DNA from: a bacterium
GTDB lineage: Bacteria > Patescibacteriota > Saccharimonadia > Saccharimonadales > SZUA-47
DNA length: 64,000 nt
Assembly: GCA_009923445.1 (NCBI GenBank)
Contig: RFTN01000001.1
Location: 99,975 to 163,974, forward strand
Direction: 5' to 3'
Both the position numbers and the translations under genes were made by a program. The notes under the pieces are model-generated. The model saw nothing but the letters and a program-made list of their open reading frames with translations, did no database searches and was not told the DNA's origin. Shown here in pieces: positions 49,141 through 58,567 of the stretch. Positions within the stretch are counted from its first letter, which is position 1, and each line of letters begins with the position of its first letter.

Positions 49141-50913
49141 TTAATCCTCTTGTAAAAAGCCACCCGATTGATGCGCCCACAATTTAGCGTACAGCCCCTT
49201 ATTCTTTACTAGCTCTTTATGAGTGCCTTGTTCTACGACCCTACCTTTATCGAGCACAATAATTCGATCCATTTTTTGAATAGTACTGAGGCGGTGTGCA
49301 ATAACCAGTGTAGTTTTGTGTTGCATAAGCTTCCATAGTGCGTCTTGAATTAATACTTCTGACTCGCTATCAAGTGCGCTTGTAGCTTCGTCTAGTATAA
49401 GTATTGGCGCGTCTTTAATCATTGCTCTTGCTATTGCTATACGTTGTTTTTGGCCGCCCGATAGCTTAACGCCGCGTTCGCCCACGGTTGTTTCGTAACC
49501 TTGCGGCAACGAATCAATAAAATCATTAGCATTTGCACTTTTGGCAGCTTTTTTAATGAGCATGTCGCTCGCAATATGATTACCGTACGAAATGTTTTCT
49601 TTTATAGTGCGATGAAATAGTAGTGGTTCTTGCGGTACGTACGTTATTGAACGACGTAGGTCTTGCTGTGTCATGCTGGTTATATCTTGACCATCAATTT
49701 TTATTGACCCACCTTGTGCGTCCATGAATCGAAGTAACAATTTGGTAATTGTGGTTTTTCCACCCCCACTCGGACCTATAAGCCCAACTTTTTCACCAGG
49801 TTGAATAGTTATGTTTAATCCGTTAAACAACGCTTGCTTACGAGTTAAGTCTGGGTACCAAAAAACGGTATCTTGTAATTCTATCAAGCCTGCTTTTGCT
49901 CGGAACGGTATTGGGTTAGCCGGATCAGCTACTTCTGGTTTAATTTGTAATATAGTTGCCATATCGCCTGCATCACCAAACACACGCGTAAACTGTCTAA
50001 AAGTGTTGTTAAGATCCCATAGTCGCCGCATAATGCCGAGCGTAAAAGTAAGTGCAAGGTATATAACACCAACCTGTATATAACCGTTTACCGCCAACAG
50101 AACAGATATTACAATTACACTTACGTTTATACTTCGCTGCATACCGCCACTTATAAGTTCGTGACGCATGCTTACGTGCATAGTATCAACAGACTTGCTG
50201 TGTACATCATTTACGCGTGACTGCATGCGCTTTGACTCTAGCTTTTCGTTAGCAAAAGACTTTACTGCAAGTATGTTTGTGATGGCATCGGCAAGCTGAC
50301 CGGTACGTTTTGTTTCGGCGCTAGCCCATTCTTTATTAAATGGAATTTGTTTACGTCTAAAATGCCATACAGTGGGCACGTATACTAGTGTTATTGCAAT
50401 GATTGCTATAACAACAGCAGGTGCCACTGGTGCTAATATAACCGCCGTGTAAACAAACGCAATAATTAGTTTGTAAACATTCCATGTAAGTGGGTCGGTT
50501 AATCGTTCAAAAGAACCAACAAACTTGTTTGATTGGTTTACGAGTGAGCCTGCGAACCTATCTGTAAAAAAGCGGTAACTCATACTGTTTAGGTGATTAA
50601 ATACTGTCATAGATAAATCTCGCATAATGGCATCTTGAGTTTTCCAAAATAATCTTACAATTATGTTCCACAATAAATGTCCAAAAAATTCACACAATAG
50701 CACTAGTACCAGTAGTGGCCATATTTTAGAAAGGGCTAGCTGATCAACATTATTTTTGGCAATGTTTGTCAGTATGCCACTTACTATAAGAGGTTGAATA
50801 GCGTCTTCGACAACTTGCGCTACAAGCATCAAAGGATAAATAGTCATAAGTTGTTGCTTGTATTTTTTGGCGTGTTGCCAGTAGGTACGAAGCGTAAAAG
50901 CGTTTGTATCCAT
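49141..50913 (-). CDS. ABC exporter, fused permease/ATPase (MsbA-like)
   Basis: 590 aa. It has an N-terminal 6-TM domain, Walker A GPSGGGKTT, signature LSGGQKQRIAIARA and Walker B ILILDEATSALD. Confidence 0.9.
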   Translation of the reverse strand: MDTNAFTLRTYWQHAKKYKQQLMTIYPLMLVAQVVEDAIQPLIVSGILTNIAKNNVDQLALSKIWPLLVLVLLCEFFGHLLWNIIVRLFWKTQDAIMRDLSMTVFNHLNSMSYRFFTDRFAGSLVNQSNKFVGSFERLTDPLTWNVYKLIIAFVYTAVILAPVAPAVVIAIIAITLVYVPTVWHFRRKQIPFNKEWASAETKRTGQLADAITNILAVKSFANEKLESKRMQSRVNDVHSKSVDTMHVSMRHELISGGMQRSINVSVIVISVLLAVNGYIQVGVIYLALTFTLGIMRRLWDLNNTFRQFTRVFGDAGDMATILQIKPEVADPANPIPFRAKAGLIELQDTVFWYPDLTRKQALFNGLNITIQPGEKVGLIGPSGGGKTTITKLLLRFMDAQGGSIKIDGQDITSMTQQDLRRSITYVPQEPLLFHRTIKENISYGNHIASDMLIKKAAKSANANDFIDSLPQGYETTVGERGVKLSGGQKQRIAIARAMIKDAPILILDEATSALDSESEVLIQDALWKLMQHKTTLVIAHRLSTIQKMDRIIVLDKGRVVEQGTHKELVKNKGLYAKLWAHQSGGFLQED

Positions 50914-51027
50914 TGCTATATCCTCTATTTTTAAGAATGTTAAACTAAGTTTTTGTTTTTACGCTCTTTTTTGCCGCCTCAATTATTTGCTATAATTATA
51001 ATAAGTATAAACCAAAAGCAAGGCCGT

Positions 51028-51876
51028 ATGCAAAAAATTATCTTATTTTATAAGTTTGTTCCTATCTCTGATACAGAGACGATTATGTTTTGGCAGCGAA
51101 CTTTGTGTGAAAAACTCGGACTAAAGGGGCGAATACTAATTAGCCCTCATGGCATAAACGCTACGCTTGGTGGCGATTTAAAACAGTTGAAATACTATAC
51201 CCGTGAAATGAATAGCCATAGTTTGTTTGACGGTATTACGTACAAATGGAGTGAAGGTGGCCTGAAACATTTTCCAAAGCTAAAAGTTAAAATTAAGCAA
51301 GAAATTGTAGCCTTTGACGCTGCCGACGAGATTATTGTGGGCAAAAATGGTATTCAAAACGGCGGTAAACACCTAAAGCCTGCAGCGTTACATAAACTTG
51401 TGCAAGAAAAAGGCGACGATGTTATTTTTTATGATGGCCGCAACATGTATGAGGCCCAAATTGGTAAATTTAAAAACGCAGTTATTCCAAACACTACTAC
51501 AAGTCGAGATTTTAAAGAAGATTTAGAGCATGGTGAAATTAGTAAGTTTAAAGACAAGCCAATTGTAACGTATTGCACCGGCGGTATTCGGTGCGAAATA
51601 TTAAGTGCCATGATGATAAACCGCGGCTACAGCGAGGTATACCAATTAGACGGCGGCATAGCAAAATACGGTGAAAAATACGCCGATGACGGTCTATGGG
51701 AAGGTAAATTGTTTGTATTTGACGACCGTATGAGCATGGGCTTTAGCGATAAAGCCAAAGATATTGCTACTTGCGAAACGTGCGGCACCAAAACCAGCAA
51801 CTTAGTAAACTCTTCTAACATCCGCCGCAAACTGCATGTTGTTTGCCAAGATTGTGCAAAAATACCTATAAAATAA
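51028..51876 (+). CDS. trhO: Rhodanese-domain protein, TrhO/YceA (UPF0176) family
   Basis: N-terminus ILFYKF...GLKGRILISPHGINATLGG and rhodanese active site CTGGIRCE. The start is taken at MQKIILFYKF. Confidence 0.8.
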   Translation: MQKIILFYKFVPISDTETIMFWQRTLCEKLGLKGRILISPHGINATLGGDLKQLKYYTREMNSHSLFDGITYKWSEGGLKHFPKLKVKIKQEIVAFDAADEIIVGKNGIQNGGKHLKPAALHKLVQEKGDDVIFYDGRNMYEAQIGKFKNAVIPNTTTSRDFKEDLEHGEISKFKDKPIVTYCTGGIRCEILSAMMINRGYSEVYQLDGGIAKYGEKYADDGLWEGKLFVFDDRMSMGFSDKAKDIATCETCGTKTSNLVNSSNIRRKLHVVCQDCAKIPIK

Positions 51877-51934
51877 TGTTATTGTAAAAAAGTAATTAAA
51901 ATGATATAATAAAATATGTTAAATAGGTTTTATT

Positions 51935-52729
51935 ATGTCAAAAAAGCTACCTGCCAAACGTGGCAATAGTCGCAACGTAAATAGTCAAGAAAAGTTTATT
52001 TCTAGACGAAAAGCTATTTCTTTGGGAGCTTTTGGTGTTTTTTTGGTTGCCAATAAAGATACTCGTGCTTCTTTAATGAGAGCATTTAATTCAACCGAGC
52101 CACCACTAACTGCGCCTCAATCAATATTGCCCACCATGGAACCAGTTGCTAATAGTAAAGAGTGGCTACTAAACGCAAACTATAAAGATGTAGTTGCGGG
52201 CCTTACAAAACTTACGCAAGCAAAAAAAGACTTTTTGATTTTTGCCATAGAAGGCGTACAACAAGTACTAGCAAATGGCTACGCTATAAACCCGCGTGTC
52301 ATGATAGCCCAAGCAGTGCTAGAAAGTGCTTACGGCACCGACACGCTGTCGCCGTTTTACAATTTTTTTGGTATTAAGGCTGGTAAAAATTCGTTAGAAT
52401 CAGTACGTGTTGCTACCAGGGAAGATTACGGTAGTGGTCTGGTTTCTGAGAGGCATAGTTTTAGAACATATACCGACCCTTTTGGTAGCTTTTTTGATTA
52501 CGCCGATATGATACAACGGCTTGATCATTATGATGACGCTGTCGCATGTCGGGCGGATGATTTTAAATATGTTATGGCACTCCAAAATAAGCTTGGTGAA
52601 GGTTGCGATGTAGTAGCGCGACAGGGCGAGGATCGTGTTAAGTCTTACGCGACTGCTCGAAACTATGTACCTATTGTGCTGGATGTTGTAGAATCTTTGC
52701 AGCTTAGAGATATTTATGCAAATACATAA
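51935..52729 (+). CDS. Glucosaminidase-domain peptidoglycan hydrolase (FlgJ C-terminal-like)
   Basis: 264 aa with an N-terminal anchor. Contains MIAQAVLESAYG...NFFGIKAG. Confidence 0.7.
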   Translation: MSKKLPAKRGNSRNVNSQEKFISRRKAISLGAFGVFLVANKDTRASLMRAFNSTEPPLTAPQSILPTMEPVANSKEWLLNANYKDVVAGLTKLTQAKKDFLIFAIEGVQQVLANGYAINPRVMIAQAVLESAYGTDTLSPFYNFFGIKAGKNSLESVRVATREDYGSGLVSERHSFRTYTDPFGSFFDYADMIQRLDHYDDAVACRADDFKYVMALQNKLGEGCDVVARQGEDRVKSYATARNYVPIVLDVVESLQLRDIYANT

Positions 52730-52788
52730 TTATATTGACATTATTAATAATATAGCGTATAATATATTTAATTTAGGAGTATTTAATC

Positions 52789-53346
52789 ATGTTTCGTAGA
52801 AAATCAGCAGGTATTGAACAATTTAGTGTAACAGAGCCTACAGAAAAGTTATCGTTAGGTGATAAGTTTTACGATTGGAAAAATCAACCCCACGGCCGCG
52901 AACGTGCAACAAAAGCTGACATGCTTAAGAATCGCTTTGGTTTTTTTGTACTAGGCGTTTTTGCTGCAACGGGTGCTGGCGTCGCTATTGGCAGAACAGT
53001 AGCCGATACAGTCGATAAGGTGCGTGATAATAATGCCACCGAGTTCAACAACATGCGTTCTGAACAGCAAAGTGCTATTGCCCCAAACACAACTATAACG
53101 ACCTTAGGCGGTGTAGTCATGGACGTAGTTTGTGAAAGTAGCGTGCGCGTAGACGTCACCGATGCTGCAACCCAGCAACCAGCCGATATGGTAGGTGTAG
53201 TTAACCCAGACATTACTGAACCTGCCACTCTACAGGCAATATTAAAAGAACCATTCTTAGCTATTAATGCACCTTTCGATCAGGCACAAAATGGACAATT
53301 TTACTTTATGCCAACCAAATGCACTGATACTTCGTTCGGTGGCTAA
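52789..53346 (+). CDS. Membrane-anchored hypothetical protein
   Basis: 185-aa ORF with one TM (FFVLGVFAATGAGVAIG). Confidence 0.55.
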   Translation: MFRRKSAGIEQFSVTEPTEKLSLGDKFYDWKNQPHGRERATKADMLKNRFGFFVLGVFAATGAGVAIGRTVADTVDKVRDNNATEFNNMRSEQQSAIAPNTTITTLGGVVMDVVCESSVRVDVTDAATQQPADMVGVVNPDITEPATLQAILKEPFLAINAPFDQAQNGQFYFMPTKCTDTSFGG

Positions 53347-53367
53347 ATCAGCTATACTAGTTGTATT

Positions 53368-54879
53368 GTGAATACGGCGCTACAACAAAAACTACATACA
53401 CTCCCGACCGAACCGGGAGTGTATTTTCATAAAAACGCTGCGGGCGAGATTATTTATATTGGCAAAGCTGCGGTGCTGCGCAACCGTGTGCGGCAATATT
53501 TTCAGGCCAGCCGTACCCGCGACCCAAAAACCGAAGCTTTAGTTGCCGAAATTGCTGACACTGATTGGGTAACGGTCGAGAGCGAAATAGACGCCTTGTT
53601 TTTAGAGGCTGAAATGGTTCGGCGCTATTTGCCGCCGTATAACATTTTGTTGCGCGACGATAAAAGTTTGCAGTATGTGCGTATCGACCATAAAAGCGAC
53701 TACCCAACTGTAACCATAACGCGCCGACCACTCGACGATAATGCTACATATTACGGCCCGTATATGAACGGGTGGGCACTTAAACGGGCACTTAAGTATT
53801 TGCGGCGCGTGTTCCCCTATGCCATAAAAACGCAAGAAGGCACACTTGGCAGCACGCTATACCAGCAAATTGGCTTAGACCCTGGTGTACTTAGTGGTCG
53901 CACCTCGCTTGCGACTTATAGGTCAAACTTGCAAAAACTTGGGCAATATTTACTTGGTAAACGAAAAGTTATCATTACCCAGCTCGAAAAAGACATGAAG
54001 CAGGCTTCTAAAGATCAAAATTTTGAAAAAGCTGCACTTATTCGAAACCAACTATTTGCGCTAAAAGAGTTAAACAAACAAATTATATTTAGCGACCGCG
54101 AGTTTTTAGACATTAGTAAAGACCGCGGCTTACAGGGATTATGCGATGCGCTGGGGCTGCAAAAAGCGCCAAAACGTATCGAGGGTTTTGATATTAGCCA
54201 CATGAGTGGAGCGGATGTTGTTGCCAGTATGGTTGTGTTTACAAACGGCATACCCGACAAAACTGCGTACCGAAAGTTCAAACTAAAAAAGCAACAAAAT
54301 AACGACTTTGCCAGTATGAATGAGGTTATAAGTCGCCGCTTGGCAGAGCGTAACGTAACTAAGTGGGGCAAACCCGACTTGTTTTTAATAGACGGCGGTA
54401 AGGGGCAACTAGCCAGTGCCATTAAGGCCCGCGACGAGGCAGGGCACAGCTCTATTGCTATGATTGGTCTTGCTAAGCGCGAAGAAGAAATAGTGGCGCA
54501 TGAATTAAAATCTAACATTGTTATTAATAACGAATGGCTGCAAAAGCAAAACACGTATATAAAAACAACAGATGACTTTAGTTTGATAATGCTACCTAAA
54601 AACCACGATATCGTTAAATTACTACAACGTATTCGCGACGAATCACATCGCTTTGCGGTAAGTTACCACACCACTCTAAAGCGCGGCAGACAGACTAAAA
54701 ACTGGTTAGACGACGTACCAACTATAGGGCCCGCCACAAAAAAGAAATTACTTAAGCATTTTGGTAGCAGCCGAGGTATTTTACAGGCAAGAAATGAAGA
54801 GCTTGTAGTGTTGCTTGGAGATAAAAAAGCTGCCATTCTACAGCAGTACAGTAGGGCTTACAGAAAGTCGCTTAAATAG
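53368..54879 (+). CDS. uvrC: Excinuclease ABC subunit C (compact)
   Basis: 503 aa, GTG start. It has GIY-YIG (GVYFHKNAAGEIIYIGKA), a UVR domain (FEKAALIRNQLFALKEL), the endonuclease region IEGFDISH and a C-terminal HhH. Confidence 0.9.
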   Translation: MNTALQQKLHTLPTEPGVYFHKNAAGEIIYIGKAAVLRNRVRQYFQASRTRDPKTEALVAEIADTDWVTVESEIDALFLEAEMVRRYLPPYNILLRDDKSLQYVRIDHKSDYPTVTITRRPLDDNATYYGPYMNGWALKRALKYLRRVFPYAIKTQEGTLGSTLYQQIGLDPGVLSGRTSLATYRSNLQKLGQYLLGKRKVIITQLEKDMKQASKDQNFEKAALIRNQLFALKELNKQIIFSDREFLDISKDRGLQGLCDALGLQKAPKRIEGFDISHMSGADVVASMVVFTNGIPDKTAYRKFKLKKQQNNDFASMNEVISRRLAERNVTKWGKPDLFLIDGGKGQLASAIKARDEAGHSSIAMIGLAKREEEIVAHELKSNIVINNEWLQKQNTYIKTTDDFSLIMLPKNHDIVKLLQRIRDESHRFAVSYHTTLKRGRQTKNWLDDVPTIGPATKKKLLKHFGSSRGILQARNEELVVLLGDKKAAILQQYSRAYRKSLK

Positions 54880-54880
54880 T

Positions 54881-55045
54881 ATGTCAAAATCAGTTATATA
54901 CATTTTTATTGCTGTAGGTGGTCTTATTGGTGGATACCTTGGAGGTTTGCTTGACGGTGGTTCAATATTTGGATTTTGGGGCATAGCAGGCAGTACGCTC
55001 GGAGGGCTTGCTGGTGTATACATAGGCTATAAAATACAACAATAA
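54881..55045 (+). CDS. Small glycine-zipper membrane protein
   Basis: 54 aa from ATG 54881 (MSKSVIYIFIAVGGLIGGYLGGLLDGG...). The track ORF starts upstream, inside uvrC. Confidence 0.5.
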   Translation: MSKSVIYIFIAVGGLIGGYLGGLLDGGSIFGFWGIAGSTLGGLAGVYIGYKIQQ

Positions 55046-55085
55046 CAGGTACCCTGACACTACGTAAACAGGTATACTTTAATGC

Positions 55086-56288
55086 ATGTCTGTCGTCAAT
55101 GCTCATACACTTAACCGTCAAAAATTGTTTAAAACAGCGCTTGTTGACTGCGTAATAGTTGCTGCCGCTGGACAGCTACAACGTAACAGTGATGTTGCGT
55201 ATCCGTTTCGGCAAGATAGTAGTTTTTTGTACTTAACTGGCTGTAAAATACCAGACCTCGTATTGGTTATTACTCAAAATAAACACTTTATACTATTGCC
55301 AAAGCGTGAATCTCACAGAGACATATGGGAAGGCTCCTTACCCGTTGCAGAGATTATTGCTGCTAGTGGCGTCGACCAAGTTCTGAGCTATCAAGACGGC
55401 TGGGAGCTTATAAATCAGCAGGTGAGTAAAAAGCGAATAGGCGTCATATATCCACCAAAAAACTTTTTAGGGGCGTTTGGAATGTATACAAATCCAACTC
55501 GCCACGTTTTATTTAGTTCTTTAAAAAGAAGACGTCCCGCAGAGATTGTCGATATACGTCCACTAATTGCAAAGCAACGCAGTATTAAATCAAAACAAGA
55601 AATCGATATCATAAAAAAGGCAATAGACATTACCGCAGAATCGCTCAACGCTGTTATGAGGGGGCGTTATGAGGCAAAATTTGAGTATGATTTAGAGCAC
55701 AAGTTAACTTATGAGTTTATGCACCGCGGAGCAAACGGTCATGCATTTAGTCCTATTATAGCCTCTGATAAAAATGCGGCAATAGTTCATAATATAAACA
55801 ACTCGTCGCCGTTAAAAAATGCCCACATGATTTTGTTTGATATAGGTGCCGAGGTGAGTGGTTATGCTGCCGATGTAAGCCGAGTATACGCCCTGCAAAA
55901 ACCTTCCAGCAGGCAAGTGCAACTATTTAATGTAGTACGTGACGTGCAGCAACAAATTATGCAACTAGCTAGACCGGGAGTTACCATTTTAGAGCTTGAA
56001 CAAAAAACGCAAACGCTGCTTAGTAGCAAGTTACCCGCGCTTAACCTTCGTAAGCCAATAAAACATTATTATCCGCATGGCGTGTCACACCATCTTGGGC
56101 TAGACGTACACGATACAGCCGACTATCATATGCCGCTTCAGAAAAACATGGTCATAACCATAGAGCCGGGCTTATATATACCCGAAGAATCAATAGGCAT
56201 AAGAATAGAGGACGATATTTTAATTACAGATACAGCACCCAAAAATCTATCTGCAAATATACCTCATGACCTGCTATACTATTTGTAG
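55086..56288 (+). CDS. pepP: Xaa-Pro aminopeptidase (M24B)
   Basis: 400 aa. Metal ligands fit the M24 pattern (DIGAEVSGYAADVSR, HGVSHHLGLDVHD, EPGLY, RIEDDI). Confidence 0.85.
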   Translation: MSVVNAHTLNRQKLFKTALVDCVIVAAAGQLQRNSDVAYPFRQDSSFLYLTGCKIPDLVLVITQNKHFILLPKRESHRDIWEGSLPVAEIIAASGVDQVLSYQDGWELINQQVSKKRIGVIYPPKNFLGAFGMYTNPTRHVLFSSLKRRRPAEIVDIRPLIAKQRSIKSKQEIDIIKKAIDITAESLNAVMRGRYEAKFEYDLEHKLTYEFMHRGANGHAFSPIIASDKNAAIVHNINNSSPLKNAHMILFDIGAEVSGYAADVSRVYALQKPSSRQVQLFNVVRDVQQQIMQLARPGVTILELEQKTQTLLSSKLPALNLRKPIKHYYPHGVSHHLGLDVHDTADYHMPLQKNMVITIEPGLYIPEESIGIRIEDDILITDTAPKNLSANIPHDLLYYL

Positions 56289-56291
56289 TAA

Positions 56292-56660
56292 ATGAAACAA
56301 AACAAGGTCTCACGATTTGTGGTTAGATGGGTAGTGTGTGCAGTTGGCTTGTGGCTGGCTGCAGCTTTAGTGGGCCAAGAAAGTATTTCGTTTAGTAACA
56401 ATTTTGTTTCTGTTGTTATGGCCGGGCTGATACTAGCAATTATTAACACCATTATTAAACCATTTGTCGTATTTTTATCATTGCCAGCAGTTTTGCTTAG
56501 TCTTGGTATTTTCATGGTTGTTATAAACGGTTTTATGGTTGTGCTTGCATCTAAGTTTTACAGTTCGCTTCAGGTAAGTAGTTTTGGCGTAGCCATTATT
56601 GCTGGTATTGTAATTGGACTTGTTAATTTTTTTGTGACAGCCATAATAGAAGATAAATAA
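56292..56660 (+). CDS. Phage holin family 4 / YvlD (DUF360)-like membrane protein
   Basis: 122 aa with 4 TMs; IINTIIKPFVVFLSLP is typical of the family. Confidence 0.65.
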   Translation: MKQNKVSRFVVRWVVCAVGLWLAAALVGQESISFSNNFVSVVMAGLILAIINTIIKPFVVFLSLPAVLLSLGIFMVVINGFMVVLASKFYSSLQVSSFGVAIIAGIVIGLVNFFVTAIIEDK

Positions 56661-56669
56661 GGAGTATTC

Positions 56670-56888
56670 ATGCTTAGTATTTGGAATTACATCACGATCG
56701 GTTCAGCAATAGTTTTAAGCATATTGGTTCTTGTGCAAACACGGGGCGCAAGTTTAGGTGCGGGTCTTGGTGGCGGTGGTGAGGTTAACACGGTACGCCG
56801 CGGTACAGACAAAACAATCATGAACCTTACTATAATCATTGCTATAGTGTTTTCGGGCTCATTGTTAATAGGGTTATTAACAGCTTAG
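56670..56888 (+). CDS. secG: Preprotein translocase subunit SecG
   Basis: 72 aa. Two TMs flank the G-rich loop (LVQTRGASLGAGLGGGG). Confidence 0.8.
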   Translation: MLSIWNYITIGSAIVLSILVLVQTRGASLGAGLGGGGEVNTVRRGTDKTIMNLTIIIAIVFSGSLLIGLLTA

Positions 56889-56926
56889 TGTAGTAATGCA
56901 TTGGCAGGGGTGGCCAACACACATTT

Positions 56927-58393
56927 ATGATTTCTAAAAAGATTAAACTACGTTTTAGGCGAACATTTCGTAGGCGTAAAAAAGACGCCATACTTGTAGC
57001 AGAGGGCGCCGAACAACACCTCGAGCGACATTTTTTTAGGCGTTTGGTAAGGCTGGGCAATGTACGAAGATTTGTTACTGGCTGGATTCTGTTACTAGTC
57101 TTGCTTATTACAAGTGTTGGTTTGCAGGCTAGGGGGTTAGGAATTTACTATCAAAAAATAGCACCACTCGAAGGTGGTACGCTCCGCGAAGGTGCTATTG
57201 GTACATTTACGAACGCGAACCCTCTGTACGCCGTATCTACCGTAGACGGTTCGGTCTCTAAGCTCGTTTTTTCGGGGCTTTTTAGTCATGATGTAAACAA
57301 TAACTTAGTACCAGATTTAGCAGATAAATATGTGGCAGATGAAAAGGGGCAAACCTACACTGTAATCTTACGAAAAAACATTTTATGGCACGACGGCAAG
57401 CCATTTACGGCAGCCGATGTAGTGTACACATACAAAACAATCCAAAACCCCGATGCTAAATCACCGTTGTTTGCAAGCTGGCAAGGGGTCGACATTAAAG
57501 CAGTCGACGACTATACAGTACAGTTTAATTTGCCGAGCCCTTTAGCGCCGTTTCCTTATTCTTTGACAAACGGTATTGTACCGAATCATCTGCTTAAAGA
57601 CATTCCAGTTACCCAGTTACGTAGTATTTCATTTAATACAGTTAGTCCAGTGGGTACTGGTCCGTTTGTATGGAAGTCGGTAGAAGTTAGTGGCGGTAAC
57701 ACTCAAAATCGAAGCGAGCAAATTGCGCTTAAGCGCAACACAAATTATCATTTGGGTCGGCCAAAAATTGAGCAGTTTATACTACGCACTTTTAAAGAAG
57801 AACAAGCGATGATAAGTGCGTATCAAAACAAAGAATTAACAGCTATGATAGGCTTAGATAAAGTACCAATTGACATAGAACGAGACACGACTTCTACAAG
57901 CTATAACATACCTACTGACGGCGTAGTAATGACATTTTTTAACATGTCGACACCAATTTTGAGTGATGCATCGGTGCGGCAAGCACTTGTTTATGGCACT
58001 AATAGAGCGGAGCTTATTAAACAACTCGGCTTTACTGCGCTGACTGCCAACGGACCATTACTGAGGGGGCAAGTTGGGTACGATCCGTCCATTGTACAGG
58101 CACCATACAACATTGAAGAAGCTGGTAAGTTACTCGATGCGGCTGGCTGGCGAGTGAGTGGGGACGGGCTACGTAAAAAAGCCGAACAGCCTCTAAAGTT
58201 GCGTTTTGTATCTCAAAATGTGGCTGAGTATGCTGCAATCTCGCAAAGTTTACAAAAACAATGGAAACTACTTGGCATAGAGCTCGAAGTAAAAATTCGA
58301 CCAGAAGAAGAAATGCAAAACGACACACTCATCAGACACGATTACGATGTTTTATTGTATGGCATAACTATAGGTCGAGACCCAGATGTATAG
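56927..58393 (+). CDS. Family-5 (peptide/nickel type) ABC substrate-binding protein, orphan and possibly C-terminally truncated
   Basis: 488 aa. It has a basic N-terminus plus a TM, then the SBP_bac_5 pattern (LVPDLA..Y...D..TYT..LR....WHDG.PFTA.DV.YT). It ends at GRDPDV, and no permease or ATPase gene is adjacent. Confidence 0.75.
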   Translation: MISKKIKLRFRRTFRRRKKDAILVAEGAEQHLERHFFRRLVRLGNVRRFVTGWILLLVLLITSVGLQARGLGIYYQKIAPLEGGTLREGAIGTFTNANPLYAVSTVDGSVSKLVFSGLFSHDVNNNLVPDLADKYVADEKGQTYTVILRKNILWHDGKPFTAADVVYTYKTIQNPDAKSPLFASWQGVDIKAVDDYTVQFNLPSPLAPFPYSLTNGIVPNHLLKDIPVTQLRSISFNTVSPVGTGPFVWKSVEVSGGNTQNRSEQIALKRNTNYHLGRPKIEQFILRTFKEEQAMISAYQNKELTAMIGLDKVPIDIERDTTSTSYNIPTDGVVMTFFNMSTPILSDASVRQALVYGTNRAELIKQLGFTALTANGPLLRGQVGYDPSIVQAPYNIEEAGKLLDAAGWRVSGDGLRKKAEQPLKLRFVSQNVAEYAAISQSLQKQWKLLGIELEVKIRPEEEMQNDTLIRHDYDVLLYGITIGRDPDV

Positions 58394-58567
58394 ACCGACT
58401 CAATACAATTCAAAACTGGACTGTGCTACAAAACAAAGTCTTAAAATAGGCTCCGAATTTTATGACACAAATTAGTAAACAACACCTGTCAATATACCGC
58501 ATAAGCATACAACTGTATGCTATGATTATGGTAGTGAGTATAGTTTTAAAAAAGGTCTTGCAAAGCA

